DNA of 64,000 nucleotides from the NCBI GenBank assembly GCA_948466185.1, contig CAOJZM010000001.1, positions 22,742-86,741 on the forward strand, written 5' to 3'. Source of the DNA: an uncultured Christensenella sp. Lineage in GTDB: Bacteria > Bacillota > Clostridia > Christensenellales > UBA1242. The notes under the pieces were generated by a model. It was not told the DNA's origin, made no database searches, and saw only the letters and a program-made list of their open reading frames with translations. Shown piece after piece: positions 9,554 through 18,173 of the stretch; within the stretch, counting starts at the first letter, position 1, and each line of letters opens with the position of its first letter. The translations under genes were made by a program, and so were the position numbers.

Positions 9554-10288
9554 ATGAAATTTAAAAATATTTTAATAAAAACCAAAGATGTGCTTTTAGA
9601 AATGCTTTTTCCTTCAAAGTTAAAGTGTATCTTTTGTGGACGAGATATTATAAGTTTTGATAACCAACCTTATTGCGACAGATGTGCAAAAGAAGATTAT
9701 TTTAATATTGGAAATAGATGTTGCTATTGTGATATGGCAATCCCCGCCGGCAATATTGTTTGTGACTTTTGTCAAAAGAAACATAAATATTTTGATAAAG
9801 CCTACTGCCCTCTGAAATATAAAGACGGCGTAAAAAATGCAATCCTAAAATTTAAAAGCGATAATGCACGTTATCTTGCCCCGACCTTTGCGAGTCTTAT
9901 CGCCCAACGGATACAGTCAGATAATGTGCAAATTGATGTAATCATTCCAGTACCAGTGCATGCAAAAACCAAAAGAGCAAGAGGCTATAACCAAGCAGAA
10001 ATTTTAGCCAAAGAAATTGCAAAAATATTAAATGTGCCAATGCAAACGGGTGTCATTACAAAAGATAAAGTGACGTTGGATCAAAAAACATTATCCTATC
10101 ATGAAAGATTAAAAAATGTCACAAGTTGTTTTACGCTTAGGGACAAATCTTCCATAAAGGACAAAAATGTGCTTATCGTTGATGACGTAATGACAACAGG
10201 TGCCACTTTAAACAATATCGCGAAAACATTGGTGGGATTTAGTGATAAAATTTATGTTTGTGCAATAGCGAGGGACACTGTTGAATAA
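9554..10288 (+). CDS. comFC: ComF-family protein (ComFC-like amidophosphoribosyltransferase fold)
   Basis: N-terminal Cys-rich Zn ribbon (CIFCGR...CDRC...CCYC...CDFC) and PRPP-binding loop LIVDDVMTTGATL. Confidence 0.8.
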   Translation: MKFKNILIKTKDVLLEMLFPSKLKCIFCGRDIISFDNQPYCDRCAKEDYFNIGNRCCYCDMAIPAGNIVCDFCQKKHKYFDKAYCPLKYKDGVKNAILKFKSDNARYLAPTFASLIAQRIQSDNVQIDVIIPVPVHAKTKRARGYNQAEILAKEIAKILNVPMQTGVITKDKVTLDQKTLSYHERLKNVTSCFTLRDKSSIKDKNVLIVDDVMTTGATLNNIAKTLVGFSDKIYVCAIARDTVE

Positions 10289-10316
10289 AATTTTTTAATG
10301 AAATTAATAAAAATGC

Positions 10317-10345
10317 TTGACAGAAGGCATAAATTCCCGTATAAT
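10317..10345 (+). promoter_or_regulatory. Consensus sigma-A promoter of tRNA-Glu
   Basis: TTGACA (10317-10322), 17 nt, TATAAT (10340-10345). Confidence 0.65.
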
Positions 10346-10377
10346 AAGCGAGTATCAAAAACCCTCTTTTGATATAT

Positions 10378-10452
10378 GGCCTCTTGGTCAATCGGTTAAG
10401 ACATCGCCCTTTCACGGCGGAGTGAGGGGTTCGACTCCCCTAGAGGCTACCA
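10378..10452 (+). tRNA. tRNA-Glu (anticodon UUC), CCA encoded
   Basis: GGCCTCT acceptor pairs with AGAGGCT. D-arm GTCAATCGGTTAAGAC, anticodon stem-loop TCGCC-CTTTCAC-GGCGG, T-arm GGGGTTCGACTCCCC, discriminator A plus CCA. Close to the Bacillus tRNA-Glu as I remember it. Confidence 0.9.
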
Positions 10453-10459
10453 GACAAAT

Positions 10460-10483
10460 AAAGCACCGACAGGTGTTTTTTTG
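10460..10483 (+). terminator. Short terminator after tRNA-Glu
   Basis: gcacc-gaca-ggtgt hairpin followed by tttttt. Confidence 0.45.
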
Positions 10484-10518
10484 TTACAAAAATTAATTTA
10501 ATGTGTTATAATTAATTT

Positions 10519-10968
10519 ATGAATAAGAATATAGAAATAAGATTTACAAAAGAAACCGATTTAGATCAACTTCCTTGGCTATATCGCCAATATCATAATG
10601 GTGATACAAAAATTGAAACAAACGTTGACGGTATGATAGAAAAATATCGACAGTTATCAAAGAACCCGGATTACAGGTTCATTTCTGCAATGCATGGGGA
10701 TAAACTAGTTGGTTTTTGTTCAGTAGTTGTAAATCATGATATTGTTGAACAACAAAAACCTATCATTATGTTATGGAATTTAAGAGTGCATCCCAATTAT
10801 AGAAATAAGGGTATAGGCAAATCTATTATGGATTTTATTGAAAAGTTTGGCAAGTCAATTAATGTTGACTTTATATTCCTGGGATGTGACAGCGACAATC
10901 AAAGTGCAAGACATTTTTATAATAAAATTGGATATAGTGAAGATTACGGCTTTTATAAATATTTATGA
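10519..10968 (+). CDS. GNAT-family N-acetyltransferase
   Basis: 149 aa with acetyl-CoA binding motif LRVHPNYRNKGIGKSIM. Confidence 0.8.
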   Translation: MNKNIEIRFTKETDLDQLPWLYRQYHNGDTKIETNVDGMIEKYRQLSKNPDYRFISAMHGDKLVGFCSVVVNHDIVEQQKPIIMLWNLRVHPNYRNKGIGKSIMDFIEKFGKSINVDFIFLGCDSDNQSARHFYNKIGYSEDYGFYKYL

Positions 10969-10986
10969 TTCAAAAACCTCAGACAT

Positions 10987-11493
10987 CTAATTCTGAGGTT
11001 TTTGCATAAATGTTGTTCCCTTTTTTATTATAAGCTTGTAAACTTGTTCTTTTATCCCCTCCTGCCATGTGATTTTTATTTCTATCTCCTTATCTTCCTC
11101 ACTTATTAAGGGATATATAATTACCTCTCCAATTTTCTCTCCATTTACCCTGCGGAAAAAACCTCCTCCTGAAAAAGTTTCCCCTTGAAAAGAAAGCGTC
11201 CCCGTTTCATAATCTGAAAGTTTTTTCGGTGCATAAAAAACTAGCCCAATTCGATTCCCCTCTTCTTGCCACCCTTTTGTGATGTTGGAATCATAAAACT
11301 GTACAATTTCATCCTGTCCACCGACATAAATATGTCCGCTTTCTTGGTTATATTCAAATGACAAACTTCCGCCCGTCATTTCACTATCTCGAGTTACCTT
11401 TGCATTCGGCAAGTTTTCATCTCCACAACCAACAAACAAAAAAGAAAAACTGAAAATTAACATAATAATAGCGAAAATCTTTGTTTTATTCAT
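10987..11493 (-). CDS. Hypothetical lipoprotein
   Basis: Start moved to MNKTKIFAIIMLIFSFSFLFVGC (GAGG SD). Lipobox LFVG|C. Confidence 0.6.
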   Translation of the reverse strand: MNKTKIFAIIMLIFSFSFLFVGCGDENLPNAKVTRDSEMTGGSLSFEYNQESGHIYVGGQDEIVQFYDSNITKGWQEEGNRIGLVFYAPKKLSDYETGTLSFQGETFSGGGFFRRVNGEKIGEVIIYPLISEEDKEIEIKITWQEGIKEQVYKLIIKKGTTFMQKPQN

Positions 11494-11509
11494 GATTTTA
11501 CCTCTATTT

Positions 11510-12970
11510 TTATTCATTTCCAGTTTTTTCATTATTATTTCTATTACTCATAAGTTGCACTTTTAAAACATCAGCTCGCTTTATACTATACTTCGAAAAT
11601 AATGTGATTGAGAGTGCAAGTGCAATAGAGCAGCCACATAGAACAATCAACCCAAGCCCGTTTTGCACCGACATTGCCTGTACCGGCTGAGTGCTGTCAA
11701 ACTTGATTATATCAAGCAGCAATCCTATAATAAGCAGGGCAAAAGAGTTTGCAAGATTATAGGTAAAAGTGAAGAAACCCGAATACGCCCCTGCATTGTT
11801 TTTGCCTGTTTTATACATCTCCATAGTAACCACATCTGCATACATTGCGAAAGGTAAACTATACATTGCTCCTGCCCCGAGGCCGCAGAAGATAATGCAA
11901 GGAAGAACATAGAAAAACATGGTTTCTGGGGTTGCATAAGAGCGGAATAAGAAGGTCAAAAATGTGAGTGCTATTCCGAACACGATAAGAGATAAAGAAA
12001 TTATGAGTGCCTGTTTTTTATCAAGTCTTTTTGAAATATATATCCAAAGTGGCTGTGAGGTTATCGCCCCGCCAAACATTGCAATAAGCAGGATTGAAAT
12101 CTGAGGGCTTGAAAAGTGATAACAATATGTGAAAAGGTGCATACCCACAGAAGTAAGAAAAGCGGAAGCAATCAAAGCGGCAGAATAACCAAGAATCACC
12201 GAACGAAAATCTTTCTTTTTTAACACTTCAAAATATCCCGAGAGTAACGCCCCCAAATTGAATTTTTCCTTATGAAAAGACAACAGCATTATTCTGTTTT
12301 GTTTTTGAACCTGCTTTATGCTTCCAAGAACTGTTATAAATCCACAAATAAGCACAAGTGCTGAATTGATATACGCTATATTTATATACCCTTCTTGACT
12401 GAATTGAGTCTGAACGCCAATAGAAATTGACGGCATGAAAAAATACATTAAAATACTTGGCATAATCATTCCAATTATGCTAAACATGGTTTTGAAACTT
12501 TGTACCTTACTCTGCTCATTATAATCAGGAGCAAGATCAATACCTAGGGCTGAATATGGTGTGCTAAAAAAAGTGTTGGCTGTTTCAAGGCAAAGCATGG
12601 TAATTATTAACCATATAAATTTACCCGCTTGTCCCAATGATGAAGGCATAGTCCAAATCAGGAGATTTAAAATTGCAATCGCAAAACAGCCAAAAAACAT
12701 GTAGCCAAGCCTACGTCCAAAAAAGCGGTTTTTTGTATTATCTGAAAGATAACCTACCAACGGGTCACTTACGCCGTCCCATAATGACGCAATTGCCACT
12801 GCCACTCCGACAAGAGTTCCTGATATACCCATTACGCTTGTCCCAAAAAACATTATAAAGTTGGAAAGGGTATTGCCCATACAGCCATACCCCAGTGCCC
12901 CTGCACCATAACTTAACTTTGTACCAAAAGGCAACTTTTCCCTGTTTTTCACTAAGATATGTTTATGCAC
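11510..12970 (-). CDS. MFS transporter, glycoside-pentoside-hexuronide (GPH):cation symporter-like
   Basis: 486 aa, about 12 TM. Signature GYLSDNTKNRFFGRR after TM2 is typical of the MelB/GPH family. Confidence 0.75.
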   Translation of the reverse strand: MHKHILVKNREKLPFGTKLSYGAGALGYGCMGNTLSNFIMFFGTSVMGISGTLVGVAVAIASLWDGVSDPLVGYLSDNTKNRFFGRRLGYMFFGCFAIAILNLLIWTMPSSLGQAGKFIWLIITMLCLETANTFFSTPYSALGIDLAPDYNEQSKVQSFKTMFSIIGMIMPSILMYFFMPSISIGVQTQFSQEGYINIAYINSALVLICGFITVLGSIKQVQKQNRIMLLSFHKEKFNLGALLSGYFEVLKKKDFRSVILGYSAALIASAFLTSVGMHLFTYCYHFSSPQISILLIAMFGGAITSQPLWIYISKRLDKKQALIISLSLIVFGIALTFLTFLFRSYATPETMFFYVLPCIIFCGLGAGAMYSLPFAMYADVVTMEMYKTGKNNAGAYSGFFTFTYNLANSFALLIIGLLLDIIKFDSTQPVQAMSVQNGLGLIVLCGCSIALALSITLFSKYSIKRADVLKVQLMSNRNNNEKTGNE

Positions 12971-13013
12971 AAAGGCGTTTTGCTATGATAAAAAAACTGG
13001 TCTCAACCAGCTT

Positions 13014-13742
13014 TTATTCACTATCTTCGGTTTTTTCCTCCTCAACAACAGGCTTTGGATAAAGCAATCTTTGTGCAATTTCAAAACGTGATTGCTGATA
13101 TGGCACCAGTTCCTTACAATAATGTTCTATCACTTTGACAATTTCTTCATTTTCTCTGTCCCATTTTTCTGATATAGGAAGTTTCAAGGTAAATCCCTCA
13201 CGTTTCACTTTCTTATTGGTTTGGACATCGCGATACATTGCATTTTCTACAAGCAAAACAGCCTCATAACCCGTGCCACAGATAATTCTATATTTTTGCC
13301 CCTTTATAACAATTTCAATTTTGGGAACAGTTTGTCTTACCACGGAAACAAGGTCAATCGTAAACACATTTGCAAAGGAGTTGCTTATCGCATTTGCAAT
13401 TTGAACAGGAAAATCCTTGGGTGATTCCGAACCTTCACACTCTCCAAGCTGGAACTTTTGACTCGCCTTTTTAAAAACACTTGGAAGCGAACTTATTTTT
13501 CTAACCTTAAAATAAGCATCATCCCCCTCATATTGTTTGCTTAAAACCAATCCAGCATTTGAAAGCATGTTGCTTTGAACGTCATATATTATTTCCTTAC
13601 CAGCGAATTTGCCAACATTTTCAATGCGATAATAACGAAGATTTTCGTCAATCTTTTTCACTGTTTTCTTGTAGTTTTTCCCTATATAAAAGTAGTGAAC
13701 TTTTTTGACTAATTCTTCCTTTAATTTTTCATTTCCCTTCAT
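13014..13742 (-). CDS. Hypothetical protein (soluble, 242 aa)
   Basis: Start moved to MKGNEKLKEEL behind an AAGGAG SD. No motif I can name with confidence. Confidence 0.5.
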   Translation of the reverse strand: MKGNEKLKEELVKKVHYFYIGKNYKKTVKKIDENLRYYRIENVGKFAGKEIIYDVQSNMLSNAGLVLSKQYEGDDAYFKVRKISSLPSVFKKASQKFQLGECEGSESPKDFPVQIANAISNSFANVFTIDLVSVVRQTVPKIEIVIKGQKYRIICGTGYEAVLLVENAMYRDVQTNKKVKREGFTLKLPISEKWDRENEEIVKVIEHYCKELVPYQQSRFEIAQRLLYPKPVVEEEKTEDSE

Positions 13743-13842
13743 TGCCCGCTCCTTATAACTTAAAGTGTACATAATTAATAAAAAAAAAGCAAATGTTTAA
13801 CAAAAATGTTTATGGATAAAATTAGTACATGAGGAGGAAACT

Positions 13843-14436
13843 ATGGATTTTAATAAAAGTAAAACTAAAGAAAATATTGCAAGAGCCTTTGCGGCAGAGT
13901 GTCAAGACGGTGCACGTTATCAATTTATGGCCAAGGCAGCAGTGTCAGAGGGCTTTTCTTTTATTTCTGATCAACTTAAAATGCTTGCTAAAAACGAAAT
14001 GGCACATGCTTCAAGATTATATAATCTCATGCTTTCACATTGCCAAGGAAAAGAAGATAATGTTCCAATAGAGGCTGGTTATCCTTTCGAGCCTCCAGAA
14101 TTGTCTGTAAGCCTCAAAACAGCGTCCGAAATAGAAGAATATGAAGCAAAGAATATATATCCAACCTTCGCGAAGATTGCAAAAGATGAAGGCTTTTCGG
14201 ATATTGCTCAAGCATTTACGCTTATTGCTGAAATTGAAAACCGACATGCAATCAAACTTAGTAATCTAGGGAAACTCTACCGTGCAAACAAGCTATACAA
14301 ATCAAATGAGGTGGTAGCATGGGAATGCTCAAACTGCGGACATACTGAAAACTCTAAATCACCTTGGAACAATTGCCCCGTTTGTTCTTACCCACAAGGT
14401 TATGTAATAATTCCCCAAAATAAATTTAGTAATTAA
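13843..14436 (+). CDS. rbr: Rubrerythrin
   Basis: Ferritin-like di-iron E..H motifs (NEMAHASR, EIENRHAIK) and a C-terminal rubredoxin-like CSNCGH...CPVCSYP. GAGGAGG SD. Confidence 0.9.
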   Translation: MDFNKSKTKENIARAFAAECQDGARYQFMAKAAVSEGFSFISDQLKMLAKNEMAHASRLYNLMLSHCQGKEDNVPIEAGYPFEPPELSVSLKTASEIEEYEAKNIYPTFAKIAKDEGFSDIAQAFTLIAEIENRHAIKLSNLGKLYRANKLYKSNEVVAWECSNCGHTENSKSPWNNCPVCSYPQGYVIIPQNKFSN

Positions 14437-14469
14437 AAAAATGACCCTGATTATAGGGTCATTTTTGTT
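14434..14469. terminator. Bidirectional terminator shared by rbr and hup
   Basis: aaaaaaa-ATGACCCT-gattat-AGGGTCAT-ttttgtt. Confidence 0.7.
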
Positions 14470-14743
14470 ATTTGTTTACTATATCCTTAAAACTATTTCC
14501 AAATTTGAAAGAAGGAACTTTGCTTGCCTCAATCTTAATTTGGGCTTTTGTAAGAGGGTTAATTCCTGTTCTTGCAGCTCTCTTCTTCACTTCATAAGTA
14601 CCGAATCCTGCAATTTGAATTTTTTCTCCCTTTTTAAGTATGTCTGCAATTGTTGCTGCCATTGCATCAAACGCAATACCTGCATCCTTTTGAGTAAAGT
14701 TTGCCTTCTCTGCAAATGCTTTAATAAACTCAGCTTTATTCAT
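14468..14743 (-). CDS. hup: DNA-binding protein HU
   Basis: MNKAEFIKAFAEKANFTQKDAGIAFDAM...GFGTYEVKKRAARTGINPLTKAQIKIEASKVPSFKFG is the canonical HU/IHF fold sequence. Confidence 0.92.
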   Translation of the reverse strand: MNKAEFIKAFAEKANFTQKDAGIAFDAMAATIADILKKGEKIQIAGFGTYEVKKRAARTGINPLTKAQIKIEASKVPSFKFGNSFKDIVNK

Positions 14744-14822
14744 TTATTATATCTCCTTTTAAATAATTGGCCTTTGCCTTTAATTTACTATAACACAAAA
14801 CCCTATTTAAAACCAAACAAAA

Positions 14823-15644
14823 TTAATAGCTCCATGCAAAAAAGTTTCCTATTTCGTCGAAAAAGTAGTTCATCACTGCGGTGAATTTTTTCCACCATAA
14901 TTCCACTTCAGATTTTGCATCCACAACATCTCGCATAATTATTTTTACAACACCGACGATATAATCTTCTTTTCCTGGCCCATTTGCACGTGCATCAGCA
15001 CTTCTTAACCTGTTATCACCCATATAAAAGATTTGCCCTGCACCAAGCTTGTAATAGAGACAGCCGTCCTCTTCCAGCATCACAAAATCATTCATGTTGT
15101 CTTTGTTTAAATAATTATTAAAAAAGTTTGCTTCATACTCGACCGCTGCTCCTCCTTCATATGAATAAGAGTAAGAGCCAACATTTTTCCATTCTTCATA
15201 ACTTTTTATATAATCTTCATAAACAACTTCAATTTTCTCACTTCCCGCATACTTAACTGAAAGTCGATATTCATTATTGTATTCAGGATAGCGTCTGATA
15301 CATATCTCATCACCTTCAGTCGCAATAAGACGTTTTATTATGGTTTTTGAATAACCCGGCAGTTGAATGATAACAATATCTCCTCTCTTCGCCTCAGCCT
15401 TTTTATTAATAAATACTGCATCCCGTGTTTCCAAATTAGATATACTTTCATTGATCGTTGGCTGCATAGACGGGCCACTGACGGTATAATATTTAAAATC
15501 AATATAAAAGAACAATCTCGCAATCATAAATACAACAAAAATGGAAAAAATCGTACCAAAAATACCACAAACTATTTTAAGTGCTTGATAATAATGTTTT
15601 TCATTTCTTTCTTCTTTAAAATTGTGGAAATCCATATTTTCCAT
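14823..15644 (-). CDS. lepB: Signal peptidase I
   Basis: TM anchor, catalytic-Ser box SGPSMQPT, and GDNRLRSADAR box. Confidence 0.85.
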   Translation of the reverse strand: MENMDFHNFKEERNEKHYYQALKIVCGIFGTIFSIFVVFMIARLFFYIDFKYYTVSGPSMQPTINESISNLETRDAVFINKKAEAKRGDIVIIQLPGYSKTIIKRLIATEGDEICIRRYPEYNNEYRLSVKYAGSEKIEVVYEDYIKSYEEWKNVGSYSYSYEGGAAVEYEANFFNNYLNKDNMNDFVMLEEDGCLYYKLGAGQIFYMGDNRLRSADARANGPGKEDYIVGVVKIIMRDVVDAKSEVELWWKKFTAVMNYFFDEIGNFFAWSY

Positions 15645-15649
15645 CTACA

Positions 15650-16180
15650 CTACCTCTTTGAAAACTCGCAGCCACAATAATTCTGTCTATATAAGTTGTA
15701 TTTTTTACTTAGTTCAATACTTTTCTTATATCCATCCTGTTTTTTATAATTACCTTCAATAAATTCAAATTTGACTTTTTCGCTGGTCTCTTTTCCAACC
15801 CTGTTTATAATTACACTGTTTTTATGCGGGCTTACTGTAAGTGTGGTTGCAAAACAATCAAATCCATTTTCTTTTGCATATTGAGCGGTTCGTTCAAGCC
15901 TTAATCTGAAACATCTTTCACAACGATTTCCACCTTCTGGTTCATTTTCATATCCATGTATGGCAGCATAATACTCCTCTGGCTGATAGGGAATATCAAT
16001 GACTTTTACCCCCACAGCATTGCAGTATCGTTTTTGTTCGCTTAGTCTATGCTCAAACTCCTCGCTGGTATCTATATTAGGATTATAATAAAAAATAGTC
16101 AAATCATATTGATCTTTTAACACATCAATAACCTGCGTGCTGCATGGCCCACAACAACTGTGAAGTAATAATTTTTTCAT
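15650..16180 (-). CDS. queH: Epoxyqueuosine reductase QueH (DUF208)
   Basis: LLHSCCGPCS N-terminal Cys cluster and C-terminal CGCEFS, 176 aa. Confidence 0.8.
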   Translation of the reverse strand: MKKLLLHSCCGPCSTQVIDVLKDQYDLTIFYYNPNIDTSEEFEHRLSEQKRYCNAVGVKVIDIPYQPEEYYAAIHGYENEPEGGNRCERCFRLRLERTAQYAKENGFDCFATTLTVSPHKNSVIINRVGKETSEKVKFEFIEGNYKKQDGYKKSIELSKKYNLYRQNYCGCEFSKR

Positions 16181-16641
16181 TCCACAGTCCTCAAAAGCTT
16201 AATAAGCTCAGAAAGAATATGATTGTTCTTGATTGCGTTTTTCATTGAGCCATCAAACTCATCAATATTAATCATAAAACATGCCAGACAGTCTCCACAA
16301 TTTACAAATACCTGCAAATTATATATTTTCACTTCATCAAATCCTTTAATCACATAAGTTGGAAGAAGGAAATCATTGACCTTTAAATTACATTTCTTTG
16401 CAAATTCATATTTGTGTGTAAGTTTTGCGTAGTTCTTTACAAGATTGTCATAATATGAAAAAAAATCGTCTGGATCGCGGTGCACCTCAAATAATGAAAT
16501 AACCTCGCCTTTGTCTGATAAATAGTTTTCTTTGTTAACCATACCTTGTCCATTCGGAAGGCTGTAAATATCATCTGTCAAATGCCAACCTGTTGGAAGG
16601 TCAAAAGACATCTCGTTTAGACTTTTAATAACCCTTTGCAT
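16177..16641 (-). CDS. Hypothetical protein
   Basis: Start moved to MQRVIKSLNEMSF (GGAGAAAGTT-ATG). Stop overlaps the queH start (ATGA). Confidence 0.5.
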   Translation of the reverse strand: MQRVIKSLNEMSFDLPTGWHLTDDIYSLPNGQGMVNKENYLSDKGEVISLFEVHRDPDDFFSYYDNLVKNYAKLTHKYEFAKKCNLKVNDFLLPTYVIKGFDEVKIYNLQVFVNCGDCLACFMINIDEFDGSMKNAIKNNHILSELIKLLRTVE

Positions 16642-16690
16642 AACTTTCTCCAATTTTAAGTATGCCACGAAAAAGGTTGTTTGTCAACTT

Positions 16691-17026
16691 TTAAAAAGCA
16701 TTGATTGCATAAAGCATAATGTCATTGACACTTCCACTTGTTAAAGAATAAACCAAAAGTTTTCCCTCTCTCTTAAAAGTGACAAGGTTTTGGTCTTTCA
16801 ATTGTTTAAGTTGATGACTGATTGTTGTTTGATTTATGCCAAGAACATTTGATAGGTCATTGACGCACATATTCATCATAGAGAGACAGGAGAGAATTTT
16901 TAGCCTTGTCGAATCTGAGAAATTTTGAAAATAGTCAGCAAGTTTAAGCATATCACTTTCTGCAGGAAGTGATCCAAGAATGTCTCTTTTGTTTCTTTCA
17001 TTTAAAAGTAAAAATTTATTTTGCAT
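16691..17026 (-). CDS. ArsR/SmtB-family transcriptional regulator
   Basis: 111 aa. ...FQNFSDSTRLKILSCLSMMNMCVNDLSNVLGINQTTISHQLKQLKDQNLV is a typical ArsR wHTH. Only one Cys remains of the classical CVC site. Confidence 0.85.
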   Translation of the reverse strand: MQNKFLLLNERNKRDILGSLPAESDMLKLADYFQNFSDSTRLKILSCLSMMNMCVNDLSNVLGINQTTISHQLKQLKDQNLVTFKREGKLLVYSLTSGSVNDIMLYAINAF

Positions 17027-17138
17027 TTTTCACAACTCCATTCACACAAATTTAACAGCACACATATATATTTTTGTAACCAAAATAATTTTGCCAAATC
17101 CACAAGATAAAATCAAATGAAAAAATGTTTTAAATTTG

Positions 17139-17161
17139 TCTATTTTGAAAAATAAAATAGA
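17139..17161. promoter_or_regulatory. Perfect 8-7-8 inverted repeat between arsR-like gene and small-peptide gene (candidate operator)
   Basis: TCTATTTT-gaaaaat-AAAATAGA. The AT-rich context raises the chance expectation. Confidence 0.3.
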
Positions 17162-17184
17162 TATTTGTAGAAATGGAGGTTTAT

Positions 17185-17373
17185 ATGAATTTCTCACAAG
17201 ATGTAATGCTCGTTTTATTATTAGGATTGCTTGCAAATCAAAATGATACCAATCTGGCCACCAATTCCAATATTCTTTTACTTCTTTTGCTTGCATTAGC
17301 TGGAATTAATAATAACGACAACAATAATTGGTCCTGTGCAAACACCTGTCCAGGAAATACTAGATTTTTTTAA
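17185..17373 (+). CDS. Small Leu/Asn-rich peptide (62 aa) with Cys-containing C-terminus
   Basis: GGAGG SD 6 nt before ATG 17185. MNFSQDVMLVLLLGLLANQNDTNLATNSNILLLLLLALAGINNNDNNNWSCANTCPGNTRFF. Followed by a terminator at about 17393-17427. Confidence 0.45.
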   Translation: MNFSQDVMLVLLLGLLANQNDTNLATNSNILLLLLLALAGINNNDNNNWSCANTCPGNTRFF

Positions 17374-17392
17374 AATTAAATAAAATTGCTTA

Positions 17393-17427
17393 AAAATAGG
17401 GGGCAATATTTTTCTGCCCTATTTTTC
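17393..17427 (+). terminator. Terminator after small-peptide ORF
   Basis: ataggg(g)gca-atatttttc-tgccctat followed by ttttt. Confidence 0.5.
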
Positions 17428-17481
17428 TATTAATAAAATCTTTAAATTTTAATAAAAAAATAAAAAATATTTAAAAATAAT

Positions 17482-17510
17482 TTGGACATATTTATTTTTT
17501 GTGCTAATAT
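17482..17510 (+). promoter_or_regulatory. Putative promoter P1 (distal) of the two-TM paralog gene
   Basis: TTGGAC, 17 nt (ending TGc), TAATAT. Lies inside repeat copy 1. Confidence 0.4.
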
Positions 17511-17593
17511 AAGTCTGTAAAAAATAAATTTGGCGTTTATTTTTTATTTCAGAAAATTTCATAAATATTTTTAGAAAAATTACTAAAAATAAT

Positions 17594-17622
17594 TTGGAGA
17601 TTTTTATTTATTATGTTATGAT
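17594..17622 (+). promoter_or_regulatory. Putative promoter P2 (proximal), near-duplicate of P1
   Basis: TTGGAG, 17 nt (ending TGt), TATGAT. Lies inside repeat copy 3, 112 nt downstream of P1. Confidence 0.4.
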
Positions 17623-17654
17623 AATAATATAAATTAAAAGTTTGGAGGTTTATT

Positions 17655-18020
17655 ATGAATTTCATTTCAAATTTATTAGGTTGGGCTACACTTTTCCCAG
17701 CAGATAATGTAACATATGGCTGGATGGGAAATGTTTTTGGAACTATTTCTATTGTTCTTTATGTAATAATGGGTCTGGTTGGTGCTGTTGGTGCCATTTA
17801 CGCAATTTATCTTGGCGTACAACTTGCAAGAGCAGACGAACAAGGCAAACGTGATGACGCAAAAAAACACTTAATCACTGTTTTAATTGCTGTTGCTGTT
17901 ACTGTTGTACTTGTATTATTCTTCAATGAATTATTACCTCTTATCGTTCAAGCATTTATTGGTACAGATATTTCTAACCCAAGCAAACCTAATGCTATAA
18001 TTGGTGCATTCATTCGTTAA
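17655..18020 (+). CDS. Small two-TM membrane protein, paralog A (VirB2/TrbC-like topology; function unknown)
   Basis: GGAGG SD, 121 aa. A hydrophobic helix rich in G/A (LVGAVGAIYAIYLGVQLA), a charged loop RADEQGKRDDAKKH, a second helix, then the C-terminal NAIIGAFIR. Own terminator. Confidence 0.65.
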   Translation: MNFISNLLGWATLFPADNVTYGWMGNVFGTISIVLYVIMGLVGAVGAIYAIYLGVQLARADEQGKRDDAKKHLITVLIAVAVTVVLVLFFNELLPLIVQAFIGTDISNPSKPNAIIGAFIR

Positions 18021-18030
18021 TAAATATATT

Positions 18031-18060
18031 AAAACTGCTTCTCTAAAAGCAGTTTTTTTA
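18031..18060 (+). terminator. Terminator of paralog A
   Basis: aaACTGCTT-ctctaa-AAGCAGTtttttt. Confidence 0.7.
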
Positions 18061-18173
18061 TTCCCCTATTGCCAACCTGTGATATCGAATTATTTTATAA
18101 AATCATTAAAAACTATAAATTTTAATTGTAAAAATAAATAATCTGTGTTAAACTTAATTATAGGAGTAACAAA

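Noticed and set aside
14441-14884. 147-aa Cys/Leu-rich plus-strand ORF
   Set aside because: It is antisense to the canonical HU gene and the lepB 3' end, and it begins inside the rbr/hup terminator hairpin. It is a mirror-frame artefact.
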